From a virus (lineage: Duplodnaviria; Caudoviricetes), in IMG/VR virus record IMGVR_UViG_3300025127_000033, positions 1 through 60,242 of that record: a stretch of 60,242 nucleotides of DNA, one strand, 5' to 3'. Shown here one piece after another: positions 9,346 to 17,600 of this stretch. Each line of letters begins with the position of its first letter. The first letter of the stretch is position 1. The notes beneath the pieces were generated by a model. The model was not told the origin of the DNA, ran no database searches, and worked only from the letters and a program-made list of their open reading frames with translations. The translations under genes and the position numbers were made by a program.

Positions 9346-10791
9346 ATGGCTGGTTCATTACAGGCGGGGTCTGTTGCATTAACCCCACACGGTAGTAAAG
9401 TTGCTTTGGCATCTAACTACATCAACGATTTCAAATTCTTAGATCAGTATCTACCTGATACTTATGAGAAAGAATTTGAGAGATATGGAAACAGAAGCGT
9501 TGCTTCTTTTATGAGAATGGTAGGTGCTGAGATGCCAACTAACTCTGACCTTATCAAATGGGCGGAGCAGGGTCGTCTCCACGTTAAATTTGAAGGTGCT
9601 ACTGCTAACAACTTTGTTAGTGCTGGTACAACTAGTGCAAGATTTGACATTGTTGTAGCTGGTTCTCCTTCATCTGTTCCGGTAAGAGTTGGACAAACTC
9701 TTGTTGTTGCTGATGAGGCTGCTGGCTCTAGCAAAACTGATAAAGTTATTGTAACTGGTGTATCTGGTGCTACGATTACTGTTGCTGCTTATGCTGCTAC
9801 TCCTTCAATCACTACCGGTTCTACAGTAACTGCATTCATCTATGGTTCTGAGTTTGGAAAAGGAAGCACAGGAATGGATGGCTCTATTGAAGCTGAAGAT
9901 AACATCTTCGAAAACAAGCCAATCATTCTAAAAGACAGATATGCTGTCAACGGTTCTGACATGGCTCAAATCGGATGGGTAGAGGTTACAACTGAGAATG
10001 GTGCTACAGGTTACCTATGGTATCTAAAATCAGAGCACGAAACAAGACTTCGCTTCGAAGATTACTTGGAGACTGCTATGGTTGAGGCTGTTCCTATGGA
10101 AACTGGTTCTGGTGCTACAACAGCTGTAACTCCTAATACTACTGCATACTCTTCATTACCTGCTGGATCTTCATTAGCACAAACAGGTGGTTCTGAAGGA
10201 TTATTCCACGCAGTAGAGAATAGAGGAAACGTTTGGAGCGGTGGTAACCCAACTACCCTTTCTGACTTTGACTCTATCATTCAGGTTCTTGACAAGCAAG
10301 GTGCTATCGAAGAAAACGTATTGTTCTTAAACAGACAATTTTCTTTCGACATCGATGATATGCTTGCTGCTCAGAACTCTTATGGTGTAGGTGGTACTTC
10401 TTACGGTCTTTTCGACAACGACGAAGAGATGGCATTGAACCTCGGATTCACAGGATTCCGCAGAGGATATGACTTCTACAAGTCTGACTGGAAATACCTC
10501 AACGATGCCACTATGAGAGGAGGCGTAAAAGCTGGAAACATCAACGGTATTCTTGTACCTGCTGGTTCTACAACTGTTTACGACCAAATTCTTGGCAAAA
10601 ACGCTCAGCGTCCGTTCTTACACGTAAGATATCGTGCGTCTGAGTCTGAGGACAGAAGATATAAAACTTGGATGACTGGTTCTGCTGGTGATGTAAGAAC
10701 TTCTGATCTTGATGCAATGGAGGTTCACTTCTTATCAGAGCGTGCGCTTTGTGTTATGGGAGCGAACAACTTCGTTATCTTTAAGAACTAA
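9346..10791 (+). CDS. Major capsid protein
   Basis: 481 aa after scaffold and followed by a terminator; IKWAEQGRLH and final RALCVMGANNF typical of marine Bacteroidota podovirus capsids. Confidence 0.85.
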   Translation: MAGSLQAGSVALTPHGSKVALASNYINDFKFLDQYLPDTYEKEFERYGNRSVASFMRMVGAEMPTNSDLIKWAEQGRLHVKFEGATANNFVSAGTTSARFDIVVAGSPSSVPVRVGQTLVVADEAAGSSKTDKVIVTGVSGATITVAAYAATPSITTGSTVTAFIYGSEFGKGSTGMDGSIEAEDNIFENKPIILKDRYAVNGSDMAQIGWVEVTTENGATGYLWYLKSEHETRLRFEDYLETAMVEAVPMETGSGATTAVTPNTTAYSSLPAGSSLAQTGGSEGLFHAVENRGNVWSGGNPTTLSDFDSIIQVLDKQGAIEENVLFLNRQFSFDIDDMLAAQNSYGVGGTSYGLFDNDEEMALNLGFTGFRRGYDFYKSDWKYLNDATMRGGVKAGNINGILVPAGSTTVYDQILGKNAQRPFLHVRYRASESEDRRYKTWMTGSAGDVRTSDLDAMEVHFLSERALCVMGANNFVIFKN

Positions 10792-10807
10792 TATTTCTTA
10801 ATTAATG

Positions 10808-10831
10808 GGGGGAGGCAACTCCCCCTTTTTT
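10808..10831 (+). terminator. Rho-independent terminator after capsid gene
   Basis: GGGGGAG-GCAA-CTCCCCC followed by T6. Confidence 0.9.
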
Positions 10832-10844
10832 AAATTCTAATCAA

Positions 10845-11576
10845 ATGAAAGATAAAATATACGTGCTGACGCAAGATAGAGCACCACTAAACTTCTTGTT
10901 GGCTTCAAGACACACACACCGAAGTCCTTTGTTACATTTTGACGGAACAACAAACAGAGCCCTTAGATATGCTCGCAACCAAAAAAGCCCATTCGAAGAT
11001 GAGCAAGATGGCAACGCTATTTTAGAACCAATCATCTTCAAGGATGGCTTTCTACATGTTCAATCTACAAACCCTGTTCTTCAACAATTTATGGAGCTTC
11101 ACCCAGGCAATGGAGAGATATTTATGGAGCTTGATAACGAGAAAAACGCTCAAGATGAGCTAGACGTTATAAATGCCGAGGTAGATGCCTTAATAGCTGC
11201 TAAGACCCTTGATATTCAAACAATGGAGACATTGGGTCGAGTATTCTTAGGCCTTAACACGGATAAAATGTCATCTGCTGAATTGAAGCGAGATGTGATT
11301 TTGTTTGCTAAAAATAACCCTGTTGAGTTCTTGGAGGCATTAGAGGATCCTATGCTTGAGATTCAAGATATAGTAGCTAAGATTTTTGAGGAAGGATTGT
11401 TGTCTATGCGTAACAAGAACAAAGACATTTACTTCAACCTTCCTGGAAACAAAAAGAAACTTACTAGCGTTCCTTATGGAGAAGACCCACAGCACATTGT
11501 GGTATCATTACTTCAGCAGGATGGTGAGCTTTTAAATATGTTCGAAAAACAATTATCTAATAAAAAGGGTGAATAG
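10845..11576 (+). CDS. Hypothetical morphogenesis-region protein
   Basis: 243-aa ORF with A-rich start context, directly after the capsid gene. Confidence 0.8.
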   Translation: MKDKIYVLTQDRAPLNFLLASRHTHRSPLLHFDGTTNRALRYARNQKSPFEDEQDGNAILEPIIFKDGFLHVQSTNPVLQQFMELHPGNGEIFMELDNEKNAQDELDVINAEVDALIAAKTLDIQTMETLGRVFLGLNTDKMSSAELKRDVILFAKNNPVEFLEALEDPMLEIQDIVAKIFEEGLLSMRNKNKDIYFNLPGNKKKLTSVPYGEDPQHIVVSLLQQDGELLNMFEKQLSNKKGE

Positions 11577-11590
11577 TAAATATTTATTTA

Positions 11591-11653
11591 TATATTTGAC
11601 TCGATAGATAGTTCATAATTATTGTTTAGAGAGCCCTCCGGGGCTCTTTTTTT
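11591..11653 (+). ncRNA. Candidate ~50-nt small RNA (own -7 box plus terminator)
   Basis: TATATTTG at 11591-11598, then a ~30-nt body containing GTTCATAATTATTGTTT, then a terminator hairpin. Confidence 0.35.
11630..11653 (+). terminator. Rho-independent terminator
   Basis: AGAGCCC-TCCG-GGGCTCT followed by a T run. Confidence 0.9.
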
Positions 11654-11659
11654 ATTTAT

Positions 11660-11667
11660 TATATTTG
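11660..11667 (+). promoter_or_regulatory. -7 promoter box TATATTTG, 4 nt before ATG 11672
   Basis: Exact TAnnTTTG match directly after a terminator. Confidence 0.6.
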
Positions 11668-11671
11668 AGCT

Positions 11672-12289
11672 ATGGAAAAATATTTACGTATAAACTCACT
11701 AGCTATAGCCAAGGGCACAGGCACGAGCACTGCCCCTGACACAAACAATGAATTAAAAGGTGCAGCGGGCACTGATTTTACAGCAATGGGTGTTGAAGCA
11801 GGAGACTTTGTCTTAACTTCAACAGGAAAAGACAATGGACCTGCATATGCTCTTGATAAAGTAGTAAGCGTAACTGACGCTGACGAATTAATACTAAACA
11901 CACATAGTACCTTTGCGATACCTACAGACAACCAGTTTACAGTATACGACAAGGATACTCGAAGAGATACCATTATTAGATGTAGTGACATTGCATCTAT
12001 AGTTCAGGTCGGAGGACCAAGAGAATTCGCTGCGGGATCTCCAATTGTTTGCTTGGTATATAATGGCATTGAGATTCAGTATGCGAGCGGGGCTATGTTA
12101 ACGATTGTATTTGAAGGTAACGACCCAAGCGAAGCAAAAGCAGGGGCTTTTTATGATGCTCTTATTAATCAGATAGAAACACACTTGCAGTCTAAATCAA
12201 CTGAGGTAATGGCAGACTTTGTCATTCCTCAAGGCTCAGAAGAGTTTGTAGCTATACAGAGGGGTTCAGCATCGGTTGTAGTTTCTTAG
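11672..12289 (+). CDS. Putative virion structural/decoration protein
   Basis: 205 aa; carries the DF..xGVxxGD beta-module also seen in other virion proteins here. Confidence 0.65.
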   Translation: MEKYLRINSLAIAKGTGTSTAPDTNNELKGAAGTDFTAMGVEAGDFVLTSTGKDNGPAYALDKVVSVTDADELILNTHSTFAIPTDNQFTVYDKDTRRDTIIRCSDIASIVQVGGPREFAAGSPIVCLVYNGIEIQYASGAMLTIVFEGNDPSEAKAGAFYDALINQIETHLQSKSTEVMADFVIPQGSEEFVAIQRGSASVVVS

Positions 12290-12331
12290 TATATTTGCAG
12301 AGTATTTTTTTTACCATAAATTTTTTTTACC

Positions 12332-12640
12332 ATGGATACAAAGTATTTAGAAGTAACTGTCAAGAACGAGCAAACTCAGTTGGTTCGTATCAATGACATT
12401 ATTATTGTAGAGCAGGCAAGCACTGCTAAAGTTGAAATCACCTATGTTGGTGGCAAGAAAGTGACTATTAATCACGACGCTATGGCTGCTAACAACGAGG
12501 AGGTTAGAGATAGAGTTGAGTCAACAATTGTTGATGCGTTGCAAACAAAGTGGAGAGATATTGTTCATCCTCTTTCTTTAGCAGGAATTGCTGACGCTGG
12601 AGGTGCTGTACCTGAAGTAACATCTATTGATATTGCTTAA
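12332..12640 (+). CDS. Small putative structural protein
   Basis: 102 aa; TATATTTG box at 12290-12297 upstream, terminator downstream. Confidence 0.75.
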   Translation: MDTKYLEVTVKNEQTQLVRINDIIIVEQASTAKVEITYVGGKKVTINHDAMAANNEEVRDRVESTIVDALQTKWRDIVHPLSLAGIADAGGAVPEVTSIDIA

Positions 12641-12664
12641 TAAACTATATTTTTAGTTTTAACT

Positions 12665-12689
12665 AGGGGTCGGTTTCGACCCCTTTTTT
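12665..12689 (+). terminator. Rho-independent terminator
   Basis: AGGGGTCG-GTTT-CGACCCCT followed by a T run. Confidence 0.9.
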
Positions 12690-12708
12690 ATTTTGTATCT
12701 TTACCGTT

Positions 12709-13692
12709 ATGATTAATGAGGTTCGTCAAACTGTACTCGCATTAGCGAATAAAAATAATTACGGATACATCTCAAGAAGGGACTTCAATCACTTTGCAAG
12801 ACAAGCCCAGCTAGAGATTTTTAAAGAGTATATGTATGATTACAATACTCACATTGATAAGCAAAATAAAAGAGTTGCAGCCAATGCTGGTGTCGCCACA
12901 AGTATAGCTAGTAATGAAGACTATGCCAACATAGCTGAAAGAAAAAGACAGGTCATAGAGATATTTTCAACTCTAGCCCCACTAGGTAACGCTACCGATG
13001 GGCATGTGTATGATAAGCCTAGCGACCTGTATCTTCTTAATAAACTCTTTTTTTATGATACTGAAAGGATATCGGGCACAAAGGAGAGTGCAGTTAGTAC
13101 AAATAAACTAGTAGACCCTTCACTTACGGGGTTATCTGCATTTGGCAACACAGCTTCTGCGGGTGACTTGGTTGTGAACACTGACGATAACACTTTGGCT
13201 TTTGTGGTGGAGGTAGAGAGTGGGACTTCACTAAAGATTACCGATGACATTTTTGGAGCGGGAGCACTTAAGTACAAGATATTTAATCCTACTAAGTATA
13301 GTGAGATTGAGATACAAGACCCGTCTCAAATATTTAATCTAGCGGCATCTACGTTAGTTAATCCATCTACTATGTTCCCATCTTGCCTGATGCAGGCTGA
13401 CAACATCATAATGTATCCTAACACCATAACAAACCCCGGCAGCGTAATAGCTCAGTATGTTAGGAATCCCAAAGACCCTAATTGGACGGGTGTTACTGTA
13501 ACGGGTGCTGCAAACCCACAAGAGGTGCTTAATGCATCTGCTGCGGACTTTCAAGACTTTGAGTTGCCTAAATCAGAGATTCCCTATCTTATATCAAAGA
13601 TTTTATTGTTAGCCGGAATGTCAATAAGGGAAATAGATATTACCCAGTCAACAGCAGCACTAGCTGTTATGAACGCAAACGAAAATAGATAA
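12709..13692 (+). CDS. Tail adaptor/ring (tail tubular-like) protein
   Basis: N-terminal NKNNYGYIS..DFN.FA.QAQ and C-terminal YVRNPKDPNW...DFELP, as in ring proteins of Bacteroidota podoviruses; position in the module. Confidence 0.65.
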   Translation: MINEVRQTVLALANKNNYGYISRRDFNHFARQAQLEIFKEYMYDYNTHIDKQNKRVAANAGVATSIASNEDYANIAERKRQVIEIFSTLAPLGNATDGHVYDKPSDLYLLNKLFFYDTERISGTKESAVSTNKLVDPSLTGLSAFGNTASAGDLVVNTDDNTLAFVVEVESGTSLKITDDIFGAGALKYKIFNPTKYSEIEIQDPSQIFNLAASTLVNPSTMFPSCLMQADNIIMYPNTITNPGSVIAQYVRNPKDPNWTGVTVTGAANPQEVLNASAADFQDFELPKSEIPYLISKILLLAGMSIREIDITQSTAALAVMNANENR

Positions 13693-14615
13693 TGCCATAT
13701 TTAACAGGATATCAATACTATGAAAATGCAGGAGCAGTTCCTGAAAATGCCAACTGGGGATCGTATCAGTATGTGCCGCTAAAGGACATTGTCAACAATT
13801 TCATGATGATGTACACGGGTAACAACGAGATCCTAGCCAATGTATCTAGGGCTCAGGTTATATTTTACGCTAAGCGTGGCATTCAAGAATTAAACTATGA
13901 TGCATTTAAAGAGATAAAAGCACTTGAGTTAGAGGTTTGTGATAATCTGAGGTTTGTATTACCTCCTGACTTTGTCAATTGGATAAGAATATCTTTATAT
14001 CAAGATGGAGCTTTGTTCCCATTAACAGAAAATATTCAAGCCAACAGCGCAATATCTTATTTGCAAGATAATGATTGCAGGATTTTGTTTGACGAAACAG
14101 GAGAAATATTACAGCCTGAGCAATCTGAATTGGACTTAGACAGGATAGCTGGTGTTGAAAGAACTTTATACCTAAATGAGGGTAGTAGGTTTCACGGAAG
14201 AGAAGGTATGTTTATTGATGGGAGGTGGTATTTTGATTATAATATTGGGGCTAGGTTTGGCCTTAACTCTGAAACGGCAAATGCTAATCCAACATTCAGA
14301 ATCGATAGAAGATCTGGAGTTATAAATTTCTCGTCTCACATGGCTAATGAAACTTGCTTATTGGAATATATTTCTGATGGCATGGAAGGCGGAGATGACT
14401 CCTTAGTGAGTGTGAACAAGCTATTCGAGGAGTATATATACGCATACATAAAATATATGATAGTCAACTCTAGGGTGGGTATTCAAGAGTATGTTGTCAG
14501 GAGGTCTAAAAAAGACAAGACTTCTTTGCTTAGAAACGCTAAAATACGATTGAGCAATATTCACCCAGGAAGGCTACTAATGAATTTAAGGTCTCAGGGT
14601 AACGTAATTAAATGA
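13692..14615 (+). CDS. Second ring/adaptor structural protein
   Basis: LPPDFVNWIRIS and LEYISDG motifs; translationally coupled between ring and nozzle genes. Confidence 0.6.
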   Translation: MPYLTGYQYYENAGAVPENANWGSYQYVPLKDIVNNFMMMYTGNNEILANVSRAQVIFYAKRGIQELNYDAFKEIKALELEVCDNLRFVLPPDFVNWIRISLYQDGALFPLTENIQANSAISYLQDNDCRILFDETGEILQPEQSELDLDRIAGVERTLYLNEGSRFHGREGMFIDGRWYFDYNIGARFGLNSETANANPTFRIDRRSGVINFSSHMANETCLLEYISDGMEGGDDSLVSVNKLFEEYIYAYIKYMIVNSRVGIQEYVVRRSKKDKTSLLRNAKIRLSNIHPGRLLMNLRSQGNVIK

Positions 14616-17600
14616 GAGAACGTAGGGAATTTACCGCAGGTAAAATGAACAAGGGGTCGGATGAAAGAATCGTCCCTGCAAGTCAATATACAGATGCAAT
14701 GAATGTCAGGGTCAATAGTTCGGGTGACTCTGGCGAACTTGGTGCTGTGCAGAATGTTGAGGGTAGCCGTAGGCTAACTGAACTTGAGTTTGCAGGCACT
14801 AGGCTTTCTTTTGATACGGTGTGCTTGGGTGCTTTTGCTGATGACGCAAACGAAACCATATATTGGTTTGTCCACGATCCGGGAGGCACTAACAATACAG
14901 GTGCTACGACCACGCCAATGGATATGATTGTTTCGTACAATATGAATACGGAGCAGTTGTTGTATCATGCCATATCTGTAAGCGTGCTAAACTTTAGTGC
15001 TTCTCATTTAATAAATGGCGTAAGTAAGATTGGAGACTTGCTGTTCTTTACAGACGACTTCAATCCACCGAGAAGAATCAACGTAACAAGGAACTATCCT
15101 TTTCCTAGTGGTGGGACTTTAGCTGATAACGTTACAGAGGATGATTTTAGCGTTATACAAAAGCCACCATCAAGTGCTCCAACTATTAATATGCTCAAGA
15201 CGGGCACTGATGAGAACTTTATAGAGGACAAGTTTATAGCATTTGCATACAGGTTTAGATACAGAGACGGAGAGTATAGTGCGTTGTCTCAGTTTAGCGA
15301 GGTGGCATTTGAGGGTAATAAGTTTGACTTCGATAGGGGATCTTATGATAATGAGGGGATGCTTAATAGATTTAACTCTGTTGAGGTAACCTTTAATACG
15401 GGAGACAAGAGGGTAACAGACATACAACTATGCTACAAGATTAGCGACACAAATGTTGTAAACGTAATACAGAACTATGACAAAGCTGAGTTTGGATTAC
15501 CAGATAATATTGACCACACAATTACGTTCGACAATAGTAAGATATATACCGCACTGCCTCAAAGCCAGCTGCTGAGACTATTTGATAACGTACCTAGATT
15601 TGCTAAGGCGCAAACCATTATTGGTGGAAGGCTAGTTTATGGCAACTACGTTGATGGGTTTAATCTGCTAGATAGCGATGGGGCCAAGGTTAAAATGACT
15701 TACACCGCTGAAAGGAGGGAACTACCTATTGTAACAACGGTTAATGAGACGGGGTCAGAAATTACGCTGTCAAATTTAAACTATAACATTAGTGGCGGGT
15801 CGGTAACTGTAGATAATGCTCAGGCAACTGTTGACTTTTCGAGCCAACCTTTGACTCAAGGGTCAATTTTTAGTTTGGTGTTTAACTTTTCTAGAGAGGC
15901 ATCGTCTACTTATGTAGCTACTTCGTCTGAGCCAAGCACGTTTTCTTTTGAAATGTTTTACGAACTAACAAAAGACTACAGCTCAGTATATGACTTATTT
16001 AACAGTGCCGAGTTTAAATTGGCCTTGGGGTTTGATATAACCTCCCAGGGTTACACCAATATAACGAACATAGACACTTCTAAGTCTGTGACGGACAATA
16101 ATTTCTGTAATACAACAGACAACTTTACAGAGCAATATATGTGTGCTTATGAGAGCACAAGAAGCAGAACGGGAATGTCCATAGTTGCAAACGGGATTGA
16201 GGCTATTGGAACAAGCATAAGCAGTCTAGTTGAAACAAGACAGATACAGGTTACACCCACGCTAGGCAGTAATGATGTAACATTTAAGTTTCCTGCGTTC
16301 AAGTTAAATCATTCTAGTTTAGACTTTTTTGAATATTTCACCATAGCCACTATGGATTACTCTGCGTTCGAGGCTGATTCGGGCAAGAAGTCTTTACATA
16401 GTAACAGGGACTATACTGTTGGGATAGCCTACATGGATGAGTATAATAGATCTTCAACGGTATTGACTTCACAGAACAATGACTTTTTTGTTTCACCATC
16501 TAATAGTAATGAAAGGAATGCCGCAAGAGTGAGAATACCTGTCACTCAAAAGCCACCAACATGGGCTAGCAAGTACAAGTTTTTTATGAAAAGCTCTAGT
16601 GGTGACCACGAAACCATATATAGCGATATAGTATACTTGGATGACACTAACGGCACAGCGTATTTTAGGCTGGAGGGTGACAACCAAAACAAAATGAAAG
16701 AAGGGGATAGACTTATTGTTAAGTCTGACTCAGCAGGGGCTTTAGATAACTTGGTTGAGTGCACCGTTTTGGGTGTTGAGTCGTTTGAGGAAAATGGTCT
16801 CCCTGTATCAGTTAACACTCCTGCGGGGCTTTATATGTCCATTAAACCTGATGGAGACTTTGATGTTAGTAGTGCGGAGACATCTGTTATAAATATAGAG
16901 CCCAAGCCTAATGGCGTTCAAACAAAAAACAACAAGCAAGACCCATTAAGATTTAAACTATTTACATCTGGAGGAAACGACATACCTATCACTACAGGTA
17001 GTATCATATCTATGAAGATAAAGCACCACAGAGAGGGGTCCTCTGATAACTGTAAAGGGTTTTTTGATGAATACATAATGGATGAGTTTGTTGCTCAATC
17101 CGACTACGCAAACTTTAAAGAGTTTTTCGACGGGCATTTGGGTGGTATAAGTTTCGAAAACCTAAAAGTATCTTCCGGTGAGATAGCACTTAATACAAGA
17201 TACGACCCGTCGATAGGGGATTCTTTCTTTCAGTCGGGAACAAACAACATATTTGGCAGTGATCCTAACGGAGAGCATGAGTTTCAGTTTATAAGACAAT
17301 CTAATGGCGGATTAGAACTACATACTCGTGCTGGTAGAAAGGGTTGTACTAGTGGTAAAAAAGCAAAAAGTAAAGGCGTTATCACTATTATAAGTTCTAA
17401 TGGAACTTTCATATTTGAAACAAAGCCAATAGAAATAAACGATGATATATATTTTGAGGGTAACCAAACTTTTGATATAGGCGTTGATGGTACTGGCAAA
17501 AGAATTCACAAGGGTAATACGCAAGATCAGAATACAGCAACAAGTGCTGATGCTATATGTGACTTAAATTTCTTCAATTGTATAATGTTTCCTAATGGAG

